Below are positions 25,271 through 42,857 of a stretch of 64,000 nt of DNA, one piece after another. How positions within the stretch are numbered: position 1 is the stretch's first letter; the number at the start of each line of letters is the position of its first letter. The position numbers and the translations under genes were made by a program. Below the pieces are notes generated by a model. The model searched no databases and had not been told where the DNA came from. It saw nothing but the letters and a program-made list of their open reading frames with translations. The DNA is from Cycas panzhihuaensis (lineage: Eukaryota > Plantae > Cycadophyta), in contig CM041465.1 of assembly GCA_023213395.1 (NCBI GenBank), forward strand, positions 115,079,741 to 115,143,740. The letters run 5' to 3'.

Positions 25271-26740
25271 TATAACTCCATAGTGAAAAATGATACATGG
25301 GAATTGGTTGACCTTTCTCCCAATAAAAAGGCTATTGGTACCAAGTGGGTTTACAAAACTAAATTCAGATCTGATGGATCAATTGACAAACATTAAGCTA
25401 AACTGGTAGCAAAAGGTTATACCCAAAGAGAAGGCGTCTATTATAGTGAAACATTTATCCTTGTTGCATATATGGAAATCGTTAACATGATGATGAGTTT
25501 GGCTATACAAATGGGATAGGATGTTTACCAACTGGATATTAAAAGCATATTTCTTAATAAGCACATTGAAGAAGATATCTATGTCTCTCAACCCCAAGGT
25601 TTTGAAGTTAGAGGGAAAGAAGACAAAGTGTATAAGATTAAAAAGGTACTCTATGAATTAAAGCAAGCTCCCAAGGTATGGTATTCCTGAATTAACAAAT
25701 ATTTTAGAGATCAAGGATTCAAAAGATCTCAATAAGATCCAAACTTATATATCAAGATCAAAGGAGACTCCATTTTAATAGTGGGACTTTATGTAGATGA
25801 CCTTATCTACACTAGAAATAACTCCAATGTTTTGTAAAACTTTAAAGAAGAAATGTGTAAAAAGTTTGAGATGATAGATTTAGATTTAATGTATTACTTC
25901 TCAAGTTTAAAAGTATGGCAAGATGAAGATGCCATCTTTACTTCTTAAAGGAAGTATACCTTGGACTTATTTCAAAAGTTTAAGATGAATGATTGTAAAC
26001 CTCTAGTAACTCCCACTAAAGTTTGGATTAAGTTATCTAAACTAGATGATTTTGCACCTGTGGATCCCACACTCTATAGATAATTAATTAACAGTCTAAT
26101 TTATTTAACTTCAACATGACCCGATATTATATATACAGCTAGTATAGTGTCCAGATTTATGTAAGATCCCAAGACTACTCATTGGTAAGCAATAAAAAGG
26201 ATCTTATAATTTCTCAAAGGTACAATAGAATATGGGTTACATTATAAATCTTTATTAAATTTCAAATTGACTGGGTATACCGATTCAGATTGTGCAGGCA
26301 ACATTGATGATAGGAAATCCACTTTAGGTTATACTTTTAGTTTGGGTTTAGTAGTTATAGTATGGAGCACTAAGAAATAGAATACAATTTCCCTATCTAT
26401 AGTAGAAGAAGAATATAAAGTAACAGTTTTTGGTGCATGTGAAACTGTATGGCTATGATGACTCCTAGAAGGCTTTTAGATGGAATAGAAAGGGCCAACT
26501 AAAATTTGGTGTAACAATCAAAGCACCATTTAGATGACGTAGAATCTAGTCTTTCATTGCAGAACCGAGCACATCGAAACTCAATATCACTTCATTCAAG
26601 AATTAGTTCAAGCAAGTAAGATTGAGCTAGTATATTATAGCATTGAAGACTAAATAACATCTATATTCATAGAGCCATTGGTAAAGATCAAATTTCATAA
26701 ATTTAGAGATAAACTTGGAGTTCTATATAATGGATATTAT
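25271..26740 (+). pseudogene. Degenerate RT-RNase H of Copia D
   Basis: KWVYKTK, KAKLVAKGYTQ, QLDIKS, YVDDLIY, GYTDSD, RKST.GY, RTEHIE motifs with many stops. Confidence 0.92.
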
Positions 26741-28911
26741 GGGGGAGAAAGTTGGGATAATGCTTATTATTGAGACATGTATAGCCATCCTCGAGCCCCC
26801 AAATGGCACCTCAGGCCACTAAATGTTGCCATGTAGCCTCCGCAACTAACTAAGATAAGTATACTGTATTATTTTATTTATTTTTTATTATTTAGACTAA
26901 CATCATGTTGAGGCGATCCACCATCTCTCCAAAATTATAAATTGAAGGGGAATACCTCCTTGGTGTTTTTTAACACTACTAAATATTCTACAGAAGATTT
27001 TACTCTCAAGCTATGGATACGTGACTTTGTGATCGACTTGCTCTACTCCTCAGTCCAACAAATTTGGACATTGCATTATGAAAATTTTATTTAGTAAACT
27101 TTAGTAAGTAATTTTTAGCATGCTAAAAATGAGGTTTTTTAATCATTTGAGGCATGTTTTGGCATTTCTTTTAATGAGTTTAAAATCTCATTAGCACATG
27201 TTAATATAAGTAAATATATGATGATAAGTTTAGATATATGTTTGGTTAGTAAATAATAAAAAGAGACACATTAAAGTTTAATTATTACATATTATAGCTC
27301 AAAAATTTAAGTTGTGAAGTATATACGAGGCTAGTTTGATGGATAATGATACATGTATATATTAAAATAATTAGATGATTCCCCTATAGAATTGAATACA
27401 TTTGATATAGTATTGTATACTACTAATTAAATAAATTTGATATAAAGTTGATAAAAAGTTAATAAAATCACTTGATTTTGGTTAAGTGAATGATGGATAC
27501 AAGGACACAAAAGATATCGCCTAAATGATTGGAAGATTATTTGAGTTAGTTGTTGATGAGTTACTCATTTGATATGAGATGAGTAGAGGTCTTATAAATT
27601 TGATTAATTGATTGATTGCTAATAATGGTTATAGGTTATCTATAAAACTAAGTACAACTATTGAGAAGTCTAACTAATATATGTTTTTGACTAGAAATTT
27701 GATAACTATGTATGATAAGAGATGTTAAGAACTTTACACATGTTACCTTATTAAAAATAAATTGATAGGTGAGTTAATACACCTTATTCCTAGAGTTAGT
27801 TGTTTTAAGAATTGATTATTAAAAGATTGATTTCTAAAGAAAGATGTAAGTGTTACCTTGCATAGAATTGTCGATGGAGGTAGTACATGAGTTTTTCCAT
27901 ATCTTGTAGGGTAAGAGGTGAGAGAAAATTCACAAGATATTCTTATTTAGTGGTAATATGTTATTTTTTATATATGAAACTAATAAACCATGTATAAAAA
28001 ATACTTCCTAATTAATGAACCGTTATAGTGGTTAGTTATTCATGTATTTTAGCATATGGTTATTACTTTATTTGGACATCATTAAATTAGTTTTATTGAT
28101 GAGTTGATAAGTTTGTTTTATATATTATATATGGAATATATAAAATTGTCATTAAAAAATTTCATATAATATACTGAGTTATGAGTCATATTTAATTAAT
28201 GATTTATAAGTGGTGATGTATGTTAATGATATGACATTTAGTTGTAAGAGATAAGCTATGATGGAGATAGGTTTGATAATGTATATATACAAGTGATATA
28301 AGAAACATGATGAATAAGTGATTTAACATGAAGATTCAATGTGAAGATTATAAACATATTTGAATTCTATAAGTTAAACATTAAGAGGGAGTATTAGAAT
28401 ATTAAATTTCACAAAAGTTAATATAATGTTTAATTAATAAATAAGTGGTCATTGGTTGATACGAAAGGTTCTTATACATGATCTTATTAGTTTATGTATT
28501 AGTAAAATATCATTAGATTATGATGATGATACAATTATATAAGGGAAATTTATATATTATAAGGTAAATTAGATTACCCAGTCCTCCTTATGAGGCCAGA
28601 TGACTCATTATGAGGATTATTGATTTTCATTCATTAATATGAGATCTCATATATATTTGGAGGTGGTTTTTCCATTTATGGGTTTTTCACATTAAATATA
28701 GTATCACATATAATGATTACATGATTGATTTTTTACCCTTATCTTTATTCCTTTATTATATTCATTATTTTGTTGATCAATCATATGATTACATTTAGTT
28801 ACTTGCTAGATTATATAAGTTATTATTAATGTTAACATCTTATGACAACTTATATAAAAATTTTAACATCATATTAAAGTTTTTATATAATTCATTTCAT
28901 AAATTGTAATA

Positions 28912-31400
<2,489 letters not shown>

Positions 31401-34400
31401 GAGGCAAGATGCTCATAACCTTTTGACCCCTAACTACAAAAAATCCTAGGTGGGGATGTCTTTAGATCATTTTCTCCAAAAATCTATATAAGAAATTGAC
31501 CCAATGCATTATGACAAGTACAATATCTTTATCAAAGTGACATAGGTGAGAATATACACAAAAATTAGCCATGGGATGCCTATATGTTGTCATCCTTAAA
31601 AATAAGGGTTAAAAGTGTCATAGTAAAAAATATATGGCATGATGCCTATGTTACGATGAGACCATTAAAAAATAAAGGTATTTTTCTTTCAAATTTCCTT
31701 TTTAATATAAAATAGATTATAGATCACATATTATAAACTATAAATCATAGATAAAAGATTTATAGAATTTAGAAACATAATAGAAATTTCTCTCTCTCTT
31801 TTTTTTCAATGTAAAAAAAGTGACAAATCTTATACTACACTAGAAGCTTTTCTTTTTTTATTTCAATATTAAAAATGAGACATAATAATATGACATATAT
31901 CGAGAGATTTAGACTAAACTTCTGGTAGATGCTAGTTATGTATTGTATTTTCCACTAAATACATTTTCATAGATGGATATTTTCAACTGTGTGATGAAGT
32001 TCCCTGATTATGTATGAATTTTAATACCACTTGGGATAGAATTTTCTTAAATATCACCATAAATGATACCATAAATTGGGTTTTAAATAGACACAAATAG
32101 GATAAAAAATAGAGCATATCGATTATTATTCATTAAAAGAACTAAGTACTAATCATGACACTAAAGGACTACAACAATGTGCCCCTATATATAATAAGGT
32201 AAAGCAAAGAAAAAATTATTACTATCACTTTATAAGGCTTTATAGATACAAAAGAATCCCTATTTCATACATGCCACATAACAAGGGTAAGTGAGCCTTC
32301 ATACATGAATGTCAAATGGCAAGTAACCTATTAATAATAAGATAATATTAACAATTAGGTCCCATAATCACATGTCAAGGTGCTAGTGGTGAAGTCTCAT
32401 AGTCAAGGTGGTTATATATTATACTTGGGTTGGTAAAGTTTGAAAAATGTAAGTGTAACTAGTTTAATTAAAGAAAAGAATATGTATTCTTAGAAAATGT
32501 AAGAATTTAGATGCAAGTACATTATAACTTAAAGTATATATATTATTTTAGGTAGCAGATCAAAAGGTTGATATACATTGAGTAGAGGGTAAAAAATTAG
32601 ATAGAGTGATTATTGTGGGAGTTTATATATGATGGGTAGAAGGTGAAAGAAAGAGTCCTAATAAAGGGTGAATAGATTCTCCGATAAAAAGATGTAGAGA
32701 GTGAGGATACTTAGGAACGTCTTCTATAAAGACATTGTCTTCAAGAGGACTAAAAGGTGAGTGCTACCCTCCATTGTAATGGTAGGAAACTTAGGAGGAA
32801 GACCTTTAAGTCTATATGAGAAGCAATTTATAAGAGAGAAAACTCAATGATGAAACATATTGAGAACGTAAAAGAAAAAGAAATAATAAAAGAAAGAAGG
32901 GAAGGCTCCCTAGTATGGTCTCCAAAATATTTTCTTAGGAATGGGCCTTATTCTCTTAACTTAAAGAAATACCTAGAGCCAAAATAAATTCCAGAAGAAA
33001 GGAATAAAAATTCACTAAATCAAGAATACATTCCTCATAAGTAATGAAAGAATGACTTTGTGTATGTATGGTTGCTAGTTAAATAAAAAATATAACAATG
33101 TGATAGAGTATTTATAGAGAGCAATTAGAATATCTTTTGTGAGGGTTTTTGGATTTTCTTACGATATTAATTTATTTTATATATTCTCTCAAAATAAATA
33201 AATTATTTTTATTTTTTAATTTCTATTATAATAATCAATTAAATGAAAGACATGAAATAAATAAAATAAATCATAAAAGACTCTTATCTGATTTGTTACT
33301 TAAGAAATACTTTTATTTGATGATGAGTGAGTGCTTCTTTATCTAATCTTCTTCTTCCTATAAAATAAAATTAGAGAGAACTAAAAAGGCACCTATTATA
33401 TGTTAGAGAAAATTTCAATCTCAAATAGAATTTTATCTAAAATAAAATTAAAGATGGCCTCATTGAAGATAAGAAAATGTGTGAGTTGTATTAATAAGAC
33501 ACCATGAAAATTCTTTAAAAGTGATAATTAACAAGAGAATATAATTAAACAAGTGAGAGAAATAAATTAATTATGGGAGAAAAATAATATAATTAATAAT
33601 GAAAGAGTAACAAGAAAATAGAAATAAAAATATAGGTAAAATAAAATAAAAATATATAAAAAACACACATACTATTAAAAGATAATAATATTATAATATG
33701 TTAGATAAAGTGATGCCATGATACCATGTATGTTAAGTATAAATTATATGATGATATTACATAAACACCAAGAAGAGATGTGATTGAGTAGTATAATAAT
33801 ATAGATTTAATGAAGGTACATGCAATGATATTATGCAAACAATAAAATAACATGCAATATATGATGGATAATAGTGTAAAAACACCTATGACATAAGTAG
33901 AACATGTATTGAAACACCACAAACTGATGAAGTATAATAATAAAGATATGTAGTATGGCAGAAAAATCATAGAATCAATGAAACAAAAATCAAGGTTCCA
34001 AAATCATGGCCATAATAGATAGGGCATATGCTAATCCTTAGTCTAACAATAAAATTATACTAGAAACTAGATAAATAATGCCTTGCTTAAGTGATAGAAA
34101 ATAAGGAATAAGGGCAATCCTATAGTTTGGAATCTTATCCACACTTAAGACCAAAGGAACCTAAGGAAAAGATATTTATAGAGAGTCAATGTAGAGAATA
34201 GATCTTATAAATTGATATAAAAGTTAGTTTCCAAGATAAATATTTTATTTTTTAGGGGTTAGTTATGAAGCTAGCCTTAAGAAGTAGGAGATTAAACCAT
34301 GGGAGAATATATAATTATAAAAGGCCATAACTTCCTTATACAATATCTATTTTTGGACCATGAGTACTCAATTCACATATACTCAACGAGATCCACGTAA

Positions 34401-34849
34401 TGAGCTATGTGAGAAAAGTAATTATATTTAATATTAAGATAAAAATAAATATAAAAAATCAAAATATAAGTGAATAACAACAAAAGAGAGAGACATCACA
34501 ATAGAAGGAAAAAAAAAGCTTATATGTTGACTCAACTTTATTATAGCTCTATAACATATAGGGGATGTTGGTGGAAACATCATCATTATAAGAGATTAAA
34601 TATGCATAGGTAAACTAAACAAATACTTAATTAAATATATGATCATATAAACATTAAATAAATATATATAATTAAATGAAGTGTTAAGCAAATGACAAGT
34701 AACAAATATATATCTAATGAATGAGAAGATAAAGTCATATATAAGATTCCTATATTTTAGGAAGGAGCCCCAAAATTAAGGAAATAGATACCTTAAGTCA
34801 TATAATGGTGTTAAATCCCTAGTATTTAATATATTTTTCTTGATATAAT

Positions 34850-36335
34850 GATCATGCCATTGCTTGTATTATTGTTGAACTATTTATGTTCTTTGAATTG
34901 CCTCTTCTCTCATTTCATCTACTACATAAATATCTAATATATGTTGTAGTTAGGCCTTTTTCAATAATATGTATAGTCAAATTACTATGCATAGTATCTT
35001 GATTTTCAATACTGTTAACATAACTATGTGTTTTTCAAACAAAAGATCATATGGGATAAATCCTATAATTGTTTTCCAAGAAACTCTTTTTTCCTTAATA
35101 ACTTTAGCAAGCCATTCTTCCTAATCCTATTTATGTAATTGAATGGTCTTTGTAATGACATCCTCCAACTCCTTATTTGTAATTTCAACTTGACCATTAA
35201 CATGTGAGAAGTATGGAGTGGGTTCTCAGCCTCTTACCTAAAGTTCTTTTGTTAAGGCTGTAATGATTTAATTTAAAAATGATGTCTCTCTATCACTCAT
35301 AAGCATACAAGATGCTCTATATCTTTTAAAAATTTCTTTATATAAAAAGGTTATAACATTTTTAGAATTGGCCTCCTTAAAGGAATGCACTTTTAGTTAT
35401 TTAATAAAGTAATTACTACAATCCAAGATGTGTATATTGCATTTCCTTGACATTGACTATATAGGCCCTACAAAATAAATATCACATTTTCAAAAGGGTT
35501 TAGTGATATAATTGGATGAAATAGCATTACTAACATTTAACAAACATCACAAGCAATGATATATCTCTTCACAACTTTATATAATAATAGTAAAAAATGC
35601 CCCATTAATAGGAGCTTTTGAGATATTCTCTTTCTTGCAAAATGTCTTTTCAATGGATTATCATGAGTAGTTTGCATCATGCTATGTATTTTATCTTCTC
35701 TTAAACATTTATGAAGAATGCTATTAAAACCAATTTTACATAAATTTTTTAAAAATCTATGTGAATGAGGAATTGATTCTCACCAGTCACATTCATTTTT
35801 TTCTTAGATAAATGTTTTGGAAAAATATCTATTGTAACATAGTTTGCAATGTCTATAAACTATGGATTTTTCATGATTATAGCAAATAAATGTTTATATG
35901 AAAAATAGGCCTCTATTAGACCTTGAATTAATGGTAATGTTGATAATCTAAGCAAGTGGTTACAAACAACATTGCATTTTCTGGGTTAATGGAGAATTTT
36001 AAGATCAAATTCCTATGATAATAGTAACAAATGGATGATTCAATAGTTGTTTATGAGCTTATTCATTAAATACTAAATGGTAGTTTGGTCAATATAAATT
36101 ACATACTAAAACCAATAAATGGAATGCTATAATTTATTAACTATAAATATAATTGCTAAAAAATTATTTGTAGTTATAGTATGGTTCTTTTTGAATCAGT
36201 ACAAGCATTTTACTAGCATAATAGATTGCATGTTGCTTTGAAGTTTGCTATTAAGATAACACTACTCTTATAGTTATATTAGACATATAAGAAGCAATTG
36301 ATTCAAGGTCATCTTCTATATCAACTCGATGGGAG

Positions 36336-36385
<50 letters not shown>

Positions 36386-37160
36386 ACACACACACGCACA
36401 CACACACACACACACACACATACACACACACACACACATAAAATGGTTGACTCCAATTGAGTTGACATAGTAGATGAGCTTGGATTAATTACTTCTTTAA
36501 ATACTAGAATGCATGGGATAATTATTTGCCTACTCAAATGCTCTCTATTTGTAAGAAGTAATGCCGTGGTGCTTTAATCATCATAAAGTTCTTTTATGAA
36601 TCTTTGATATTATCTTACATGCTGGAGAAAACTACAAATATTTTTTTAACTTTTAAGAGGTTACTAGTTTCTCAATTATTTCAATGTTTTGTGGCATATT
36701 GCAATATCTTGTTTGAATACCATGTGACCAAGGGCCACATCCTTATGCATCAACAACTTATTTTTCTTGTTACTTAGGCATATATCTTCTAATTTATCAC
36801 AGTGTACTAAAACATTGGTGCATACATACTTCTATAAAATCATTCATAAATTATCAAAAGTATACTAATAACAACATGTTGGAATGTAGTTGATGCATTG
36901 TAGAGTCCAAAAGTCATACTATGTATGCATATTCCCTCTAGGGATGAGTAAATATTATCTTGTCTTGATGTTCTTTTACACTTAGAATTTGGTTGTAGAA
37001 AAAAAAAATTTAAGAAGGAAAAGTACATTTTTAAGCTAAATTTTCTAAAACTTAATTAATAAAAAGGTATTGGGAATGAGCATTCTTAGTGGTATTATTT
37101 GACAATCTATAATATACATACACTGTAGAAAATCAAGAAGCTTATATATTGTTATTATAA
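34850..37160 (-). pseudogene. Degenerate Ty3/Gypsy (Athila/Tat-like non-chromovirus) pol: RT-RNase H-integrase remnant
   Basis: MTFGLYNASTTFQH (cf. MPFGLCNAPATFQR) near 36870-36920. RNase H-type NHTITTN...EFDLK...NVVCNHLLRL near 35940-36190. Integrase-like remnants lie to the left, i.e. Gypsy domain order. Confidence 0.75.
36319..36467. mobile_element. Small TIR-bounded insertion (MITE-like) filled by a (CA)n microsatellite
   Basis: 20-bp inverted termini tatcaactcgatgggagtca / tgactccaattgagttgaca (3 mismatches), TA on both flanks, (CA)n at 36337-36438. Confidence 0.6.
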
Positions 37161-40100
37161 TCCTAAGTAGGACCATGTATTATTATTATAACATTAAACT
37201 TATATATGTAAAAGAGACTATATCTTGTGGAAGAAGTCATGACGAATGAAATGGGTGTTTATAAGAACCTCAAGTGGTGGATCTTGACTCTTTAACTTAG
37301 TAGTGACTATTTATTTTATATGGTCAAGGTGACTCTTGACTCTTTCCCTCACTAATAGCTTTTCACTTTGTTTTCAATAACCTTTTGTATGGTCATTTTA
37401 TATAATATTTAAGGAAAAATGAATTGGTATAAAGGGCAATTGTTAAGCATAATTTTTTTTGATGTTTGCTTTTATGGATGATTTTGTAAGAAAAGCTACA
37501 CCAAAGTAAGCCAAAGGATACCACCTAGAGGAGGCTGCTATATGTAGCCCATTAGTGCAAGCTATTACATGTAAGAAGACTACCATAAGTGGATCATTTA
37601 TAAAAGTTGTTATATGTAACATTATTATTTCATAATGGCGAGGCCAAAAAAGCCTAATAGAGAAATTGGTGTGTCTAGTGGGTCTACTTATAAAATTAGA
37701 TTTTAGTAGGATGAGATGATTAGTAAGATATGTTAACCTTGGTTGTGATTTAGATATAGGGTGTTATAGAGGAAGTGATCTCATTTCTAACATTAATGGT
37801 GGTGTTATTTGGCTCTTGTTAGTGTTTTATTTCTTGAATTTTCACTATTGGATATAGTTGGTCTATTCTCCTTATGTCATTTAAAAGTGTTTAAAATCTG
37901 ATACTATTAGTCTATAATTATTCAAGGTAGACTTAACAATAAAGGGCAAAATAAGGAGATTATGGCACCTTTTACTTCAATAGGGGTAATAAACCATTGG
38001 AAAAATTTACCACTAGCTAATAAGAGGCATATGCAACATAACCACTACCCAATTAACAACCCTTATTAACATTGTTAGTTATTGTTGAGTTCTTACCCAC
38101 ATCCTAATATTTTGATGCAGATCTGTCTAGTGATTTACATAGATTTAAGAAATTACTAATGTATCTAAATTAAGTGGTTCAGAAGATGAAGATTATATTC
38201 AACCTTATGAGTACAAGAAATAAAGGGAAATTAATAAGGAGAGGTCTAAGAAAGACTCGTAGGAGTTTGGGGAAAGCAAAGAACCCCCCAAAAAGGAAGA
38301 AGGTATACTAAGCTAATTTGAATCACTTACTCTTCTTGCCTTTGTAATTTTATATCTCCCTTAATCACATCCCCTAGAGTGTGGGGTGCAATCATGATTA
38401 ATTTAGTTATTAGAGAGTGATAAGAGTTATGGTATATATACATGCCACTAAGATAGTTATAATAACATGAAATTTTCTTGCATATTAAGTCTGCATACTC
38501 ACTACCTATTCCTACTCTTTCTTTACTGTTTCATGTTTGAATTGTTGAATTAGTAGTGAGTTTAGTAACTTTGGGTTAGTGGGCAACTTGATTGATTCAT
38601 ATCTAGCTTTATTTAGTTGGTCCACCTCCTTGGTTATCAGTCCTTTAAGATCTAATTGGGTAGTTAGTCATGCATATGTTTGTTGGATCCATTAGTAGGG
38701 CTTGGTCCCATCGCCTAAAGTATAATTGACTAATATTTCATATTTTTTAATTCTATTATATGTCCTTTAAGAAATCCTCTCTATCGACTAACTCTTGCCC
38801 TTCTTTGAGAGGAGGGAAGCCTCTTTCTTGCATAAGTACTAATACATCAATATACACACACTCTAGTAAGTTGGTCTCCAACTACCTTGCTTCTTTCCTC
38901 ATTCTTTTATCATTGGTATTAAGCATATGCAAAATCTACTACCACCTTAAGAAGAAAGTATACATGGGGGCACCTACTTTAGAAGATGACACTACTACTT
39001 CTTGTTTTAAGTACTCTAATAGATCTTGGGTCTCTTCTTCAAACCTAAAATAAAAATACTGAGATCCTTATTTGATGGCAACCACTTGCTGCTAGAATAA
39101 AATGATCTCATGGAGAAATTCCCATTATTGAGGAGCTAGGTTGTCCTAATTTCCTCCATATTATTTCATTATCTCATTAATGGCCTCTATGGCCTTTTCT
39201 CTTTAGCTTCCTTCTTAGTTAATAAATCAACATCTTATTCTACACTTAGTTATAAAGGTTATATTGATAGACTTCCCCACAACTAGCTTAGGTTATTTAA
39301 CGTTTTATTGAAGTTTATATTTCCATTTCCTAGGTCATGGTTCTCTTATATGACATTGGGCAAATGTAAATTGAGATACTTATCTTTATCTTTAACTATT
39401 TCTTTGGTGGTTAAGTGCAACTTTATACACTTTATTATAGAGTCATCTCATATGGACAAGTAATTGTTTTAAGTTATTTCTTACCCCTAACCACAACTTT
39501 CTAAATCACTTTATCCTCCATTTTCTGTTGATAAAATCTTTTCTCTTTCATCAATCACTCTTACATAGGCTTCAACTGAGGCAAACCTTCTAGTTTTTAT
39601 TTGTTCCTCTACTTATTGATCTAGTGAGATCAAAGGTTACTCAATTTTTACTTAGGGGTTTCTCTTTTAAATTATTTGTAATGTGAAGGGTTGGTTACCT
39701 ATATGGTCAATTTAGTCACCGGTTATTCAACTCTTGTCTACTTTGTAACTTAATCAGATATGCCTAGGTATGAGAGGTTAGGTTAGTGTATCTATAACAT
39801 CTCCTTGTTATATGCCTTATTATTGTTAGGAGTTATCCTCTTGAGTAAGTAGGGTTTGTTGGCTAGAAGAAATTTGGCTAGCTATAGTACTTTCCAAATG
39901 ATCCTAGTTTAAGTTCAATTGTACTATCCTAAGAGCATGCTCTAGTGTACCTGCTAGGTCTTCTCTTACTTGAGAACTTAGAATTTATACTATTACACTT
40001 ATCTTAAGGTTTCCAAGTCACATTTCATATTATTCCTATCCTTTTTTTCCCTAATTCAGGTCTTATTTTTATGATTGGTAGGGTCATACCCAATCCTAAC

Positions 40101-42857
40101 CCTATATTAGAGTTTCTATCTTTGTTATTATGGTGAAATATTGAGCTATGTTTCATTCCACTATATCATCAAATCTATTGGATAGGAAGGAAGCAACACT
40201 TATATCACCTATAAGGTCTCCCTTTTTTATGCCTTGAGAGGCTTCTACTACTTTAGGATTACTATCATTTAATGTGTATATTTTAGTTATTTTAATTTAT
40301 GCTTATTTTTAAGGGTGATATATCTGTAGGTCTTAACTATTAACAACTGATAATTTTTACTTCTAAAGTGGTTATTGAGGGGTTAAAGGAGGTTTGGTTC
40401 TTGTTTCTTTAACTACCTACACTTCCTCATTATCACTAGAGGTTTTGGGTAGTGTGGTTTTAAATAAGACCTACTCTCCTCAAGTAACTTTAATCTTCTT
40501 TACTTTTGCCATGATCCTTTTTTAGGGGGGTGCCTTTGGCTCTTAAGAGGTTGTTACTTAAGGTTTAGTAGGCGGGGGAATTAGGAATGGTACTCTTATT
40601 CTTCCTTATAAATTTCTTCTAACATAATATACTTCTTCCTTTTAGCTTTAGTGCATCTCTTAATAAGTTAGTATTTGCTTTGGATTGAGGAGTGAGTAGT
40701 TGTTCATTACTTTCTAGATTAGGAGTGCTAGAACCTAAGGAATCATAGGATCTCTTAGAGAACTTAACTCCCACAATAGAAAGTTAGGCTCCAATTTTAG
40801 AAGTCTTAAAACTTTCTAGGCCATTTTATATGTGATTTTAATGGGATATATGTATAGACTTTAGGTAGTTTCCTATTATCTTATTTGGGGCATGGTACCT
40901 CTCTAGAGTTTTCTTTAATTTGCACACTTTAAGTGGTTGGATACAACATTAATTTTTGCTTAGCCCTTAAGCTTTTAATACCCCATTTGTACTATCTTAA
41001 ACTATAAGGATTTCTTCTTTAATTTTGAATATAGCCTACCTTGAATTAGTGATAGTTGTTTATAAATCTCCATAAAACATAACTAGTTTAGAGTATCAAA
41101 AAATGCACCAAGATCATTATAAGATTATGTAATAAATTATGATTAAACTTAGTATTATAATCACAAATATAACATGTAAAATATTAATTAAACATAGAAT
41201 ATGAAATATACATCATAACACAACATAATAAGTTTTAGGAAAATGATGATCTCCATTATTATATTTTAAAAGGATACATATTTAGATATATTTCGCCTCA
41301 TAGGTGTCTAATGATATTGGAGAACCTTTAAGATAATCTATGATAAATTCATTAATTTGGCTCTAAAAATACATTTTAATAATGCTCATAAATTAATATC
41401 TACACAAGTATGTATCTCTTTATGATGAAAATATATAATATTTTAGGGATGACTATTACAATAATAATAAGATTATCATCAATTAAACATTATTTTGTAA
41501 TACTCACCTATAATGTTTAATCCTATTTTTCTTGTCTTATCATATAATATCACCATATAGTTGCCTTCCTTGCTAAATAAATTGACATGTGCTTCCTTTT
41601 ATCCCTGTTTATCTTCTCTAATTCTTGAGAAGAAACCTATCTTCATCTTGCTTGGACTCATAACTTTAGGTTTATGACCTTACAAAGTGATAAACATCTT
41701 AGGTATCCACTTGAAATTATATATAATCCAATTAAATAACAAAGCACAAATATCCAAAAATGAAATATTACTAGCCTTGGTAACCTATTATAATTCTTAT
41801 TGCTATCTATAAATGATATCTCAACCATCGATTTACTACATAACTTCAATTAATGAAATTTCAAATATAAGGTCCAAATGAAGCACTTAACCAATTATGA
41901 AAAATGTATTAATCCATCTAATGTGATATTAACACATGTGTTTCACATAAATGGATTGTCACAAATGTATCTCAAAGCTAAAAAAATCATTATTTATAAA
42001 AGGAAAACTTGCTAAATGATAAAATGTGCTTTAAAAAATTAGAAAAATAAACAAGTCAAAGGTCTCTTTAACGTATGTATCAAGTTCAACTTTAAAAAAA
42101 TATTAGAAATAAAAAACTAATATACCCTTCTAGCCACTTGTTTTTAATGTATTAGAATAAGCTTTTCATTGAATTTAATTAAATTAAAATATTAGTTCAT
42201 ATGTAAAAGTTATAATGAAAAATATTAAGTGGAGGTATTAAAATTTTTACTTAAAGCTAATAATAAGGCATTTAACCCTTTCATTTCAGCTCTGAGTCGT
42301 ATATTTTTCATTATATGGCCACTTATTTTAATCAAGAGCACATCACTAGATTTGAAATTAAATATGACTCAATGGGAGGAGAGGACCTATAGACACAAAT
42401 TAACAACAAACCCAAAAGGTTGTAGATTATAAGACCAAAATTGGAAATATATGGCTGTGAAATTTATCAAAGTAACATTTAATAAAGGAACACGAATTTA
42501 TCAAAACAATAAGAGAGAATTAATATATAAAATAGGTCTACCTATGACCTAAATCTTATTCAATTAGGATGGCCTCTCCAAATCATACAAAATACAATAC
42601 AGTACCCCTTTAAATACATATTTGATTTAGTAATAGTCCACACAAGAATCAATGATTGAATGACACTTGCCACATCCCTATTAAAGACCTTTATAACTCT
42701 CATGACACATGTTACAATTCTATTTAAGACTTAGTAACTCTTGTGACTCATCCCATCACCTAGATGATTCACACATGGGTTTGTCCTCACATGAATTCAT
42801 CTATATATAAATTCGTCCATATATGATTTTTTCTGCATATGAACATTAATATACCAA

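Larger units (their letters stand above)
11776..27060 (+). mobile_element. Element D: Ty1/Copia retrotransposon (LTRs 11776-12088 and 26750-27060) with a long 5' leader and two nested insertions
   Basis: LTRs start (t/a)gttgggataatgc and end 'tccaaca'. PBS 'tggtatcaga' at 12091 and PPT 'gggggagaa' at 26741. TSD gattt/aattt (4/5 match). Confidence 0.92.
868..28911 (+). mobile_element. Element A: very old Ty1/Copia LTR retrotransposon, outermost host of the nest (LTRs ~868-1365 and ~28392-28911)
   Basis: The two ~500 bp segments align end to end (e.g. 'catgatcttattagtttatgtattagt' is in both). A degenerate tRNA-iMet PBS 'tggcataagagc' follows the left copy at 1366-1377, and a PPT 'ttaagagggag' precedes the right copy at 28381-28391. 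Internal remnants at 1378-1558, 9908-11770 and 27066-28380 are heavily decayed. The TSD is not conserved. Confidence 0.75.

Noticed and set aside
34566-34832. Possible solo LTR starting tgttggtgg
   Set aside because: No matching TSD and no second copy in the window.
36251-36537. Cys/Val-rich ORFs
   Set aside because: Translation of the (CA)n tract.
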